DNA from: a virus
DNA length: 64,000 nucleotides
Virus record (IMG/VR): IMGVR_UViG_3300044742_000097
Coordinates: 6,146-70,145 of that record
Reading direction: 5' to 3' (one strand)
Below are positions 1-9,413 of the stretch, one piece after another. The notes under the pieces are model-generated. The model was not told where the DNA came from and did no database searches. It saw nothing but the letters and a program-made list of their open reading frames with translations. The position numbers and the translations under genes were made by a program. Numbering within the stretch: position 1 is the first letter of the stretch; every line of letters begins with the position of its first letter.

Positions 1-3
1 CCA

Positions 4-414
4 TTAGTGTTGTGCTCCTCTGAGTGCGGCCTTGAGATCATCGATCACCGGACCCGACTTCGTAAGCCACGAATCGAGACTGGCCATTGTCGCGTTGAAT
101 CTTCCCTGCTCGGCTGCGTCCACCTTGAAGGCTGCGGTAGCCGCCTCAGCCTCCGTGTATGCCTTCAGTCCGGCTTTCGCGAACGCCCCGCCCTTCTCAG
201 CCGCTGCGATCAATGGAGTCTGAACGTTGTCCGGAAGAGTGTCCGGCGCCAAGAGCGCGGCGATCTGCTCGACTCCAATCGTAACGGACCCATAGGCGGC
301 GAGAGCCTTCTGCTGGACCGTCTCGGCCTGTGCGATCGGATTGAACTGAGCGCACGCCGCGATCGTTACGATCGCCAGCGCTACCCAGACATCCGCGAAT
401 TTACGTAGGACCAT
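4..414 (-). CDS. lipoprotein, spanin-like lysis accessory (putative)
   Basis: Hydrophobic N-terminus with lipobox-like TIAA-C, helical Ala-rich body, next to holin-like and endolysin genes. Confidence 0.55.
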   Translation of the reverse strand: MVLRKFADVWVALAIVTIAACAQFNPIAQAETVQQKALAAYGSVTIGVEQIAALLAPDTLPDNVQTPLIAAAEKGGAFAKAGLKAYTEAEAATAAFKVDAAEQGRFNATMASLDSWLTKSGPVIDDLKAALRGAQH

Positions 415-426
415 GGGCTACTCCTT

Positions 427-837
427 TTATTTACCAGCGAGAACTGTGGAACGAGTACCGACCGGGTTCAAGTCTGCGAGTGAGTTGATCGCATACCCGA
501 TGCTGACGGCGCTGATGAAGTTCAGCGTACCGGTGTCTATCAGCAGGAAGAACGCGATTGAGTTTCCGAACAGAGTCGTAAGCGTCTCCTGCCAGTGGCC
601 CAGAAGGCCGCCGATGGTCGCCGTCGCGCCGTCCATCTTCGCCGCTCCCCACTGCTTGATCAGAGACACGACGGACCCCGCGATCATTAGAGCGTACAGA
701 ACGTATGGATTCGCGAGAGCGCTCTTGATTTCCCCAGTCTGATCCTGCGCGAGTACGCCCCCGGCGAGTAGAACCATAGCCAAGAAGAACATTACCCCAA
801 TACGATCACTCAAAACGTCTTTCCAGTAAGCTTTCAT
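427..837 (-). CDS. holin-like multi-pass membrane protein
   Basis: Several hydrophobic segments; directly downstream of endolysin. Confidence 0.55.
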   Translation of the reverse strand: MKAYWKDVLSDRIGVMFFLAMVLLAGGVLAQDQTGEIKSALANPYVLYALMIAGSVVSLIKQWGAAKMDGATATIGGLLGHWQETLTTLFGNSIAFFLLIDTGTLNFISAVSIGYAINSLADLNPVGTRSTVLAGK

Positions 838-845
838 AAATCCTC

Positions 846-1262
846 CTAAACGACCTTTTCAACGTGTGGCGCATCAAGAAAGGACTCGTCCGGGTCTCGC
901 CCTACTGACCTGAAGTCCCCGTCCCAGTCCATTCCGAATCTAAGTTTGACCCCGTGGCGGTAAGCGACGGCCTGTACCACTCCCATGATACGCCCGAAGG
1001 CGATGAGGTCGTCCCAGTCGATTTTCGTACCTTCTTGGAAGTAAGTAGGCGCGAGGTCAACTGCGAGAGAAGGGATGGCGTTGTGCTTTCCATGTGGCCA
1101 ATGAAGCTTGGTCGCTCCACGCTCGAAAGCGGCCTCCTGTGCCTCTTGACCTCGGTGACCCTCCAAGACCGTAAGGGGAACGATTTTCTCTGCCTCATAA
1201 ACAACTTCCCGCAGATACGAGTCTACGGTTTCTAGACGCTCCATGGCGGCGGTAGACAACAT
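846..1262 (-). CDS. endolysin, M15-family (L-Ala-D-Glu-type) zinc peptidase
   Basis: EGHR..EAQ, KHN..PSLAVD and DAPHVE motifs typical of phage M15 peptidases. Confidence 0.85.
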   Translation of the reverse strand: MLSTAAMERLETVDSYLREVVYEAEKIVPLTVLEGHRGQEAQEAAFERGATKLHWPHGKHNAIPSLAVDLAPTYFQEGTKIDWDDLIAFGRIMGVVQAVAYRHGVKLRFGMDWDGDFRSVGRDPDESFLDAPHVEKVV

Positions 1263-1622
1263 CTATTGCTTCAGCGCCGTAAGGGCTGCCTGTGCCGCCG
1301 ACAGATCGTTCCGAGCCGCCTGAAGATCTCCCGCGTCTCGAACGGTCCAGCAGTCCGGAGACGCACCACACATGTCGCGCTTGAACTCCAAAGCGATGAT
1401 CGCGTTCTGCAGATTCCGAACCGTGGCCGTAATGGTGATGATGTTCGCATCCTGGATCGGCTTGATCTTCTGCTCTAGCTGCTTCTCGATCTCTCCAGCC
1501 AGTGCGGTCTCTGCGATCGGAGCCGCAAATAGCCAGATGGATCCTAGCGTAGCCGCGATAGAAGCCAGGGTACTTACGGATACCGTAATGCCCTGGTCCT
1601 TCGTCATGTTTATTCCCATCAA
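1263..1622 (-). CDS. membrane-anchored coiled-coil protein (lysis module)
   Basis: N-terminal hydrophobic helix, coiled coil, C-x5-C pair; abuts endolysin. Confidence 0.5.
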   Translation of the reverse strand: MMGINMTKDQGITVSVSTLASIAATLGSIWLFAAPIAETALAGEIEKQLEQKIKPIQDANIITITATVRNLQNAIIALEFKRDMCGASPDCWTVRDAGDLQAARNDLSAAQAALTALKQ

Positions 1623-1628
1623 GTGCTC

Positions 1629-3422
1629 CTAGGGGTTGCCCTTCATGTACGTGAAAGTTCCGAGTAAGGACACGCCCTTCTGGTTGGCTGACGTCCAAGT
1701 CGTGCCGGTGCAGAGATTAGTCCCGCCGCGTAAGAATGAGAGGTTCCCGCTGGAGTTGATCGAGATACAGGCGCCTACCTCGTCCACGCTATTGTCCTGA
1801 ACTGCGACGGGATACGAGGCAACCACGCTCGTATTTCCAGGACGTATCGCGGCCGGAACATCCGCCGTCGTTGATGCGAAGGTCGTCGCGTCGCTGGTGC
1901 AGGTTGCGGCGCTACGAGCCACGAGTTCCAGTGTGACGACGTCACCGATCGAGTAATAGTCGAATGTCGCCGTGTAGTCCGTGGTACAGGCGTTCTGGAA
2001 CGTAACTACGAATGAGCCTGTCTTTGGACTCATATCGACGCCGTTCGAGTCTACCGCAGTTGTGTCGATCTCGGTGAGTGAGCCGTCTCCGGCGATCTGA
2101 ACGCGCTTCGTGTTCGACGTGCCGAGCAGCATCGGCTGACCGCTCCCGGTGAACACGGCTACCTGGAATCCTGTCGGTCCGTTCGTCAGAAGAGCCGAGC
2201 TGAGATTGCCGGTCTGCTCGATCGAGATGTGGCGAGTTCCGTCGGTCGCTCGAACGACCGCGCCCGCCGAAGTACCGGCATTGCTATTCAGCGCTTCGAG
2301 TCCGGTGACGACGTTGTTAGAAGACTCAGTCGCCTGGAACGTACCCTGAAGAACTCCAGACGTGATGGTATTCGCCGATCGATTCAGCGTGAGACATTCG
2401 CCGATCGCCGTGCGCGCATCGTCGGAGGTGCAGATCGCGAACACGCCAGCGTCATTGCGAATGTCCCAGATCTTGAGATCCGTACCGGCGTTGCTATCCC
2501 TAAACTGTGCAACGGGGAGCGTCGAGTTCAGCAGGACAGCCGGAACCGATAGCGAGCCCACCGCAGAGAACGTAGCCTGATTCGCGGTGGTCGTGGTCCC
2601 CGTAGCTACGTCGAACTCGACCGCGCCTCCGTTCGTGTTAACTGATAGCGTATTGTCGATAGTCACCGGTCCTTGAATCGAGACTCCCGCCGTCGTACCG
2701 AAGGTGATTCCGCCGGACGTGAAGGCCACCACGTTCGTGCCGCCAGCGAGAATATTCACGCCGTTCGCGGCGGGATGACGGAGCCCGGTATCTGGATCAC
2801 CGACGAATGCGTAGGACGCGGTACTAATGGCCCCGTCGCCGGTGAAGATGTGACCAGCGGAGGTTAGATCATCACTCGCGGCTATGTACGTGAGTCCGGC
2901 GTCTCCGGCGAATGCTCCCATCGCGTTGTACTGGACTTGGGTGTCGGCTCCGGCTGCGGGCGTAGATGCTGCCGCCCAGGTACCATCACCCCTCCAAAAC
3001 GTAGAACCACTCGCCAAAGTTCCGCTATTGAGATTGGTAATGGGAAGGTTGCCCGTGACGCCGTTCGCCAAATTAACCTGCGCCCACGCCGGATTGTTCG
3101 AAGCCCCCGTATTCGAGATGTACCGCGTAGCGGATGTATTCTTTGCCAGAGCGGATAGGGTGTTCACCCCCGAAGCAAATAGCGTATCTCCCTGAACAGT
3201 CCCGGGAACCGAACTTCCAGCTCCGCATCCGGTACAACCCCCCATGACCACGAGGGCGTCATTGACGGTGACGCTGCCCGTCCCGTTGACGATGTCGCCG
3301 CGCAGATCCGATTGTCCATTGACCCGGATCGAACTGAATATCGTCGGCGTCTGCGCTTCGAGGATACCCCCGATAGCGAAGCCGAGCGTGACAAGAAGAA
3401 CCTTGTTCCAGTTAATCTTCAT
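1629..3422 (-). CDS. long fibre/receptor-binding-like protein with predicted signal peptide
   Basis: Start at 3422 overlaps upstream stop (ATGA); [24 protein letters not shown]; Gly/Thr/Ser-rich fibre motifs ([14 protein letters not shown]); C-terminal head-like domain; 8 Cys. Confidence 0.7.
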   Translation of the reverse strand: MKINWNKVLLVTLGFAIGGILEAQTPTIFSSIRVNGQSDLRGDIVNGTGSVTVNDALVVMGGCTGCGAGSSVPGTVQGDTLFASGVNTLSALAKNTSATRYISNTGASNNPAWAQVNLANGVTGNLPITNLNSGTLASGSTFWRGDGTWAAASTPAAGADTQVQYNAMGAFAGDAGLTYIAASDDLTSAGHIFTGDGAISTASYAFVGDPDTGLRHPAANGVNILAGGTNVVAFTSGGITFGTTAGVSIQGPVTIDNTLSVNTNGGAVEFDVATGTTTTANQATFSAVGSLSVPAVLLNSTLPVAQFRDSNAGTDLKIWDIRNDAGVFAICTSDDARTAIGECLTLNRSANTITSGVLQGTFQATESSNNVVTGLEALNSNAGTSAGAVVRATDGTRHISIEQTGNLSSALLTNGPTGFQVAVFTGSGQPMLLGTSNTKRVQIAGDGSLTEIDTTAVDSNGVDMSPKTGSFVVTFQNACTTDYTATFDYYSIGDVVTLELVARSAATCTSDATTFASTTADVPAAIRPGNTSVVASYPVAVQDNSVDEVGACISINSSGNLSFLRGGTNLCTGTTWTSANQKGVSLLGTFTYMKGNP

Positions 3423-3883
3423 TGCTTTACCCACCGTTGAATGACGCCGTCATAGATGAAGAGTGCTCCGCACCGAGGAGGTACGATGAGGTCTCCGTTG
3501 ATTGCAAAGCGATTCGCCGCTGTCGAGCCCGCCGCCTCATTGAGAATCGTTAGTGTGTCGACCAAGTCTCGATTCTGGATCGAGATGACCTTTCCGTCTG
3601 CACCTCCCGTCTTCCCTCCCAGGTCCGTGTCCCCTGTGAGAGTAACAGCCAGCCGAGAGACTGCAGCTATGTCCGTGGCCTCGTTGTTGATCGGACCAGC
3701 TCCCAGGGCGACGAAGGCGGCTCCAGCCCACACTATCGGTCCCGCCAGCGCTGCCTCTCTAATGGCGTCGACAGTAGTCCGTTTCGTAGTACCGGTCTGT
3801 ACGATCGGTACCTGCTCGGTTCCGGACAGCGGCGCATCAGCCGCCGGCAGCCGAGAGATCTTAATTCCAGTAACAGTCGCCAT
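3419..3883 (-). CDS. virion fibre-associated protein
   Basis: N-terminal [22 protein letters not shown] motif common at the start of phage fibre proteins. Confidence 0.6.
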   Translation of the reverse strand: MATVTGIKISRLPAADAPLSGTEQVPIVQTGTTKRTTVDAIREAALAGPIVWAGAAFVALGAGPINNEATDIAAVSRLAVTLTGDTDLGGKTGGADGKVISIQNRDLVDTLTILNEAAGSTAANRFAINGDLIVPPRCGALFIYDGVIQRWVKQ

Positions 3884-3892
3884 GATCTCTCC

Positions 3893-4663
3893 TCAGGGTC
3901 CGGTGACGCGATACATTACCAGGTTGTTCAGGGCGCAGTTACCGACCACGCCGGCCAGCTCCACTCGATACTGGAACGCCGCCGCCGTAAGTCCCGTGAA
4001 GTTCGCCGCAACCGCCCTAGTGTCAAGCGAGGGTGTCCCGCCAGTAGCCACCGCCATACCCCCTGTAGTACCCACCAGCGGACCGATCGCCGTGATCGTA
4101 ATGAGATGCCGGAAGTAGATCTGGTTCGTGCCTCCAGCTCCAAGTATGTCGAACAGAGTCTGCAGAAGCGTCGTGTCGGCGACATCTCTGAGCTGTACGG
4201 CCAGTGCCTGTCCCCCGGATACGCCCGTGAAGCGTGCGGACCCTTCGATAATGAACTGATCTCCTACAGCCGCGGTAGTAGCCGCCGTGGGTATGTTGAT
4301 TGCGTCCCCGACCGAAACCAGAGTCTGATTGCTCTTAGCGAGAACCGCAACCTGCGGTGCCGCTCCCACGGCCGGTGCCCAGGTTCCGTCCGCTCGCAGG
4401 AAGTTGGTCGTGCCTCCCCCGGACGCCGGAACAACACCCTGGGTCGCCGAGTCGAACTGTAGCCCCGGGTCTGTAATGACATCGCCTCCCGCCGCTGCGA
4501 CAGCCGCTGCGACCGCCACCGGGACGATTATGCCAGAGGCCAGGGTAACGAATGCGTTCGGTGTCGTCTGTCGAGAGGTGCCGCCTTGAGAAACGCAGAC
4601 CAGTTCAGAGCCCGCAAGAACTCCGGCCAGTGGCATGTCCGAGTATTTCTGCCCGTCGGTCAT
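3893..4663 (-). CDS. short fibre-like virion protein
   Basis: Similar N-terminal motif (KYSDMP...GSELV.VSQGG) and FLRADGTW fibre motif. Confidence 0.6.
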   Translation of the reverse strand: MTDGQKYSDMPLAGVLAGSELVCVSQGGTSRQTTPNAFVTLASGIIVPVAVAAAVAAAGGDVITDPGLQFDSATQGVVPASGGGTTNFLRADGTWAPAVGAAPQVAVLAKSNQTLVSVGDAINIPTAATTAAVGDQFIIEGSARFTGVSGGQALAVQLRDVADTTLLQTLFDILGAGGTNQIYFRHLITITAIGPLVGTTGGMAVATGGTPSLDTRAVAANFTGLTAAAFQYRVELAGVVGNCALNNLVMYRVTGP

Positions 4664-5067
4664 GCGGCCTCCTCTACGATCATGTCCTCAGCGTCGTCGG
4701 TCAACATACTCTCGTCTCCGTCTGTGAGCATCAAGAAGTCTTCTAGGGTTGCGAACTCGACTTCGATTGGATGATCGCTCTCGGTGAAGATCAGGATTCG
4801 TTCATCGGCCTCGGTGCACAACGCGAAGTAATTGTCGATGTCGTTCGTCAGCGGAGAGTCCGGCCGCGTGAACGGGAGCGAGATGTCCTCCGTCTGTCGA
4901 GCGGGCAAGCGGTAAGGATCAAGAACGTCCAAGTCCGCCAGACAGACGCGAAGCCCCGGTGAATTCGGATCGGGATACAGGTCCTCGATCGAGAACTTCT
5001 CGTGGCACCGGTCGCAGGTCCCCAGCCCGTAGGTCGAGCGTCCGGTCGGATCTAGCCACTGACTCAT
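4660..5067 (-). CDS. small Cys-containing virion/tail protein
   Basis: CDRC...GLRVC...D..DP...RPD pattern seen next to adaptor genes in podovirus-type modules. Confidence 0.55.
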   Translation of the reverse strand: MSQWLDPTGRSTYGLGTCDRCHEKFSIEDLYPDPNSPGLRVCLADLDVLDPYRLPARQTEDISLPFTRPDSPLTNDIDNYFALCTEADERILIFTESDHPIEVEFATLEDFLMLTDGDESMLTDDAEDMIVEEAA

Positions 5068-6113
5068 CGCGTATAGACTCCGATGTTCGGGGTGAGCATG
5101 GTCGAGCTAGTGTCAGACTCCCCATCCCACATGTCACTCCAAGCCGAGGCCGCCTCGATTGGCAGGTTGGGGTCGGGCTTAGCCTCCTTGTCGACCAGCG
5201 AGAGATCGAACCCGAGGTTCAGGACGAGTGCCCGGTATGCGCTCTGTCGGAACTGAATCTCCTGCGCCATCGTCCCTACGTCCTGCACCTGGTACTGGAG
5301 ATACGCCACGAGGTTCCAGAACCGCGAGATCTCCCCCGGCCCGGGCCACATGGTCACGATCTGCTGTGTCCGCTGCTTATTGAGCCAATACGAAGTCGGC
5401 TGCCCGAGCGAGGTCTTGTCGGGTAGACTTGCGTAGTTGTCGAGATTCAACTCGGCCATGTTGGTCTCGCTTGGAGTATTCGCGAGCACCAGCTCCTCGA
5501 CGTTGAGGATCGTACCGCCTGTGGCCTGTAGGCGGTAGTAGGACCACTCCTCCATTCCCTCGACATCGAACCAGAACCACTCGCCGTCTACGACGACCTG
5601 GGCCGTGGCCGTGTAGAAGGTCGTGAAAGCGACCCCGTCATTCGATCCCTGCATCGTATAGCTCCAGGTCCCCGAAGCGCCTGGAAGTATCCCGAACATC
5701 GGAACTCGGGTCGCACCGTCGGTTAGCTGAAGCTGAATCCACCCATTAGCCAGGGTAATGCACTCGGTGGCAAAATCCCCGTCGAACGCATTGTCCGCTG
5801 TACCGGCCGACGACGACCCTGTTCCGGAGAGCCGGTTGATGCGGCGGAGATTGATCTCCATGATGTCCGTTACGCCGACGGGGAGTGGAACCGATTGCCG
5901 GGCTACGTAGAGGGGCAGGATTGTCTTCTGGATCAACCAGAGGGGAATACCTCTGTTCGCCATGGCTGAGAGACGAAGGAACAGCCAGTCATTGGCGACC
6001 TCGATCCGTTCCGGCGTTATCTCCTGCCGGACGATCTTGCAGACGCCGTAGGCGTTGTCTATGACCTTTCGGGTTGAGAACCGAGTAAGTCCGACTGTTC
6101 CAGACGTAGCCAT
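5064..6113 (-). CDS. head-tail adaptor-like protein with inserted discoidin-like domain
   Basis: MATSGT start, ANRG..LW motif, NAFDGD...YYRL insert; position after head genes. Confidence 0.55.
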   Translation of the reverse strand: MATSGTVGLTRFSTRKVIDNAYGVCKIVRQEITPERIEVANDWLFLRLSAMANRGIPLWLIQKTILPLYVARQSVPLPVGVTDIMEINLRRINRLSGTGSSSAGTADNAFDGDFATECITLANGWIQLQLTDGATRVPMFGILPGASGTWSYTMQGSNDGVAFTTFYTATAQVVVDGEWFWFDVEGMEEWSYYRLQATGGTILNVEELVLANTPSETNMAELNLDNYASLPDKTSLGQPTSYWLNKQRTQQIVTMWPGPGEISRFWNLVAYLQYQVQDVGTMAQEIQFRQSAYRALVLNLGFDLSLVDKEAKPDPNLPIEAASAWSDMWDGESDTSSTMLTPNIGVYTR

Positions 6114-6183
6114 GTTTTCTCCTGAAACATCGGTCTACTTAGAACAGCCGACCAGAAGTTGTAAAGTGCCACCTACTCGAAAA

Positions 6184-6588
6184 TCAGCAGCCCCTCAGAC
6201 CCTTGTGTCCCTTCGGGGCCGGAGTATTCACGTGTTTCTTCAGCGCAGAGTCGATCGCCTTTTTGTCCTGGGCGACATCCCCGCCTTTGGCATAGCGCTT
6301 GACTTTTCCGCCCTTCTTCAGGCCCAGTTCCTTCTCCTGCTGACGACGGCGATCGCCCTTCATGATCTCTGCCAGGGACATCTTGTTGTCGTCCTTGGGC
6401 GGGGGCGGGGGTTGCGCCTTGATCTTCGGGTCGGGGTCCTTGGGCTTCTCGACCTTGCCCCCCTCCGCATATCCTGGCCGCTGTCGCTCGTGCGGGCGAA
6501 CCGAGATACGCGGACTGTCGTGCGCCGAGCCCGTAAAGCCGAAGCCTGACGGGAACTCGAAGTCCTTGACGTACTTGGGACCGGACAT
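6184..6588 (-). CDS. small basic internal virion protein with three GG motifs
   Basis: GAGGAG RBS before ATG at 6588; YAEGGKV, LKKGGKV, YAKGGDV. Confidence 0.6.
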   Translation of the reverse strand: MSGPKYVKDFEFPSGFGFTGSAHDSPRISVRPHERQRPGYAEGGKVEKPKDPDPKIKAQPPPPPKDDNKMSLAEIMKGDRRRQQEKELGLKKGGKVKRYAKGGDVAQDKKAIDSALKKHVNTPAPKGHKGLRGC

Positions 6589-6598
6589 GTACTTCTCC

Positions 6599-7279
6599 TC
6601 AGTCTGCGTCGAGTGTGTAAACGAGCGCCGGACCCTGTCCGCTTCCGCCCGTGATTCCCTTGGCCCCCGATGCGGTCCAGCTCGCGGTGCCAGTGCTGCA
6701 AGATGCGGCGGTCGCGAGCGTGTTCGCAAAGGTCATCGTAATGATTCCAGCTGCGTCGAACCGCATACATCCAGTTCCGAGCGATCCGTTATCCGTCACC
6801 GACACGTTCCGAACGAACTCGTTTCGAGCCGGTCGAATCGCCACTGGAAGCTGTGCGGCTGTAGATGCAAAGCTCGTCGTACCACTCGTGCAGCTGAAAT
6901 TGTCGACGACGCGAACGACGACTAGGTTTCCCGTCAACGTGTAATTGAACGTCTGGGTCGCAGGGCTAGGCGACGTACAGTCGCTCGTATTCCACGTGAC
7001 CTCGAACGTCCCGGTGGTCTGCGTGACTCCTCCGGCGGCCGGTGCTTGGAACGTCGGAGCAGATCCAGCGCCATTCGACGTCAGTACCTGAGTCGCAGAG
7101 CCGGGACCAGTGCCGCCGAGAGCGTTCGCACTCGCCTTATACTGGATGGAAAAGTTGGACCCTCCAGGCGCTCCACTGCCGCTCGTCGGTCCCTGAAGTC
7201 CGCCACCTCCAATCTGGGCCCACGCAAATGCAGCCGACAGCGCCAGCGCAAATGAGAGGGGAACGAGGTACTTCTTCAT
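6599..7279 (-). CDS. short fibre/receptor-binding-like protein with signal peptide (paralogue A)
   Basis: MKKYLVPLSFALALSAAFAWA/Q; QVLTSNGAGSAPTFQ shaft motif; head-like domain with 4 Cys. Confidence 0.7.
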   Translation of the reverse strand: MKKYLVPLSFALALSAAFAWAQIGGGGLQGPTSGSGAPGGSNFSIQYKASANALGGTGPGSATQVLTSNGAGSAPTFQAPAAGGVTQTTGTFEVTWNTSDCTSPSPATQTFNYTLTGNLVVVRVVDNFSCTSGTTSFASTAAQLPVAIRPARNEFVRNVSVTDNGSLGTGCMRFDAAGIITMTFANTLATAASCSTGTASWTASGAKGITGGSGQGPALVYTLDAD

Positions 7280-7292
7280 ATCATGTCTCCGG

Positions 7293-7910
7293 TCAGATAA
7301 TCGTGTAGGTGAAAATGCATTGCCAACTTGCGCCAGCCGTGCCGCCCTGCGCCGTGAACTGCATCATCGCTCTGTCGTTGGCGGCGTCAGCCACGATCTG
7401 GGCGCCCTGGGTCTGTGTCGAGAGAAGACTGACGCAGTCGCCGGAGACCTCATAGGCGTTCGCTAGGGCCGAGGCAACCGGAAGCGTCGCGCCTAGCTGC
7501 GTGAATGTCGACGTGGTCGTGATATCTACGGTCGCGGTGCACGAGACGTTAACCACCGAGCCGACCCGCATGTACTGACACGGACCCATCGTCGTGGAGG
7601 TTCCGGCGCCGTCTACGTTCGCGACCGCCGTCAGGGTAGGAGTGTAGTTCCCAGACGCCGTGACGCCACCGGCCGTTGCCTGGAATGTCGGCGCTGACCC
7701 GGCCCCGTTGGAGGTGAGAACCTGCGTCGCCGTTCCCGGACCGGTGCCCCCCAACACAATCCCGTTCTTGTACTGAATCGAGAAGTTGCTTCCCGCCGGA
7801 GCCCCGGAGCTGCTTGTCGGACCCTGCAGACCTCCGCCCCCAATCTGAGCCCACGCAATCGCAGCCGAGACGGCCAGAGCCAGCGCGGTAGAAATGATGT
7901 ACTTATTCAT
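7293..7910 (-). CDS. short fibre/receptor-binding-like protein with signal peptide (paralogue B)
   Basis: MNKYIISTALALAVSAAIAWA/Q; N-terminal part nearly identical to paralogue A; different head with 4 Cys. Confidence 0.7.
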   Translation of the reverse strand: MNKYIISTALALAVSAAIAWAQIGGGGLQGPTSSSGAPAGSNFSIQYKNGIVLGGTGPGTATQVLTSNGAGSAPTFQATAGGVTASGNYTPTLTAVANVDGAGTSTTMGPCQYMRVGSVVNVSCTATVDITTTSTFTQLGATLPVASALANAYEVSGDCVSLLSTQTQGAQIVADAANDRAMMQFTAQGGTAGASWQCIFTYTII

Positions 7911-7918
7911 AGATCCCA

Positions 7919-8287
7919 TCAACCCGCGACGCCGATTTCGCCTTCACCCTGGATGCTCAGGGTTGAGACGACGCTGGCGACACCTGTGAAAAAGTCCGCA
8001 ACGTCGAGCCTGACCGCCCCGTACCAATCGATGTACGAGTTCGCCGGGATGCTCAGAGCCGATCCGATGAATTCTGTGTTCGCGGCAGAACCGCCGGTCG
8101 CACCGATGAAGCCCGAGAACGTACGTGCGGCCACGTCGCGATTGATGATGCGAATGTGCCGGAGAACGATGTAGTTCCCCGATGCGCCCGCGTTGACGCC
8201 TCCAGCCGCCGTCGGAGGATTGAGCAAGTTGCCCACCGCCGCGGGAACGGCGACAGGACCGAATCGAAAGACCTTGTTAGCAGCCAT
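7919..8287 (-). CDS. virion structural protein
   Basis: Beta-rich small protein in the structural operon. Confidence 0.5.
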   Translation of the reverse strand: MAANKVFRFGPVAVPAAVGNLLNPPTAAGGVNAGASGNYIVLRHIRIINRDVAARTFSGFIGATGGSAANTEFIGSALSIPANSYIDWYGAVRLDVADFFTGVASVVSTLSIQGEGEIGVAG

Positions 8288-8296
8288 GCATATCTC

Positions 8297-8593
8297 CTAG
8301 AATGTCATTCGGCCCATCATCGTCATCGGCTCGCCGAGCGGAATTGCTGAAACGAATGTGAACGTGATGTCTCCATTCTGTCCCAGAGTAGCCACGATCG
8401 GCGGATCGGGCTGCGTAATGATCTCAATGCTCGTCGGCACGAGAGTGGACAGGCCAGGAACTATCAACGTCCCCTCGCCGACGTTTGCAGCCGGAACCAA
8501 ACCGAAAGGATCGGTCTGGAGATTGAAGGTCTGTTCGAGAGTCTCACCGTCACCGATGAGCCCGAGAGTCCAGTAGCACCAGGGTCGTAGCAT
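8297..8593 (-). CDS. hypothetical virion-module protein
   Basis: Co-oriented ORF filling the operon. Confidence 0.45.
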   Translation of the reverse strand: MLRPWCYWTLGLIGDGETLEQTFNLQTDPFGLVPAANVGEGTLIVPGLSTLVPTSIEIITQPDPPIVATLGQNGDITFTFVSAIPLGEPMTMMGRMTF

Positions 8594-8606
8594 ATTCGGG
8601 GTCCTT

Positions 8607-9413
8607 CTAGGAACCGAGATAGTAAGACACGTTGACGCGGTTCAGAACGGCCAATCCCGCCGCTGGCATGACGACAGTCGTCGCCGTATTCGCCAACAAG
8701 CTCTTCAACGGCGTTGTAGGACTGTAGTTCAGATCGAGAGACGAGCCACCCGCCACCATCGCGTTTCCATAGCTCCACGCCGGGTTGCCGGGAAGATTCG
8801 TGCTTGTGGCGACGAGCGTCGCTGTTCCCGCCAGAACAGCAGTCGCGTTCCTCGTCAGATGGATGTTCGTGATGTAGTGGAACAGTCCCGCGACCGCCGG
8901 AAGCGTGGCCGTAGCCGCCGTGTTCGCCGCCGCCGTTGACGTGACGTGCAAGATAGACGGAACTGGTCGAGTGTAGATCAGATAGTCTGCGCGAGTGGCG
9001 CGCGCTGCGACCGTGATGCCTCCAGACGTGAAGGCCGAGACTCGCAGCCTGACTCGCCGGAACCCCGCGACACTCACGAGATACTGACCGGCGAGCGTAG
9101 TCGCTACCGTCACGGAGGCGACGTACTGCTCGGCGACCAGCACTCCGGCGAGCGACTGAGCGAACACGAACATCGGAAGCGCGAAGTAGTTGGTTCCGTC
9201 TAGCGTGGCCTCGACGACGAACGTCAGAACGCCCGCAGCACTCCGAACGTCGAACGCCGCGTTCACCGCGCCGTTGAGGTCCATAATGACTTCAGCGTTG
9301 ACGGCGTTGAGCGTGTTGGTCGCGGTACGACCGTCGGTAACAACTCCACCGTTGACCTGGTCGGCGAACCCGACGAGGATCTCGTTGGCGCGTGCGTCGT
9401 ATAGTTGTGCCAT
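8607..9413 (-). CDS. virion structural protein (beta-sandwich-like)
   Basis: VEATLDGTNYF...RVRLRVSAFTSG pattern; operon position. Confidence 0.55.
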   Translation of the reverse strand: MAQLYDARANEILVGFADQVNGGVVTDGRTATNTLNAVNAEVIMDLNGAVNAAFDVRSAAGVLTFVVEATLDGTNYFALPMFVFAQSLAGVLVAEQYVASVTVATTLAGQYLVSVAGFRRVRLRVSAFTSGGITVAARATRADYLIYTRPVPSILHVTSTAAANTAATATLPAVAGLFHYITNIHLTRNATAVLAGTATLVATSTNLPGNPAWSYGNAMVAGGSSLDLNYSPTTPLKSLLANTATTVVMPAAGLAVLNRVNVSYYLGS

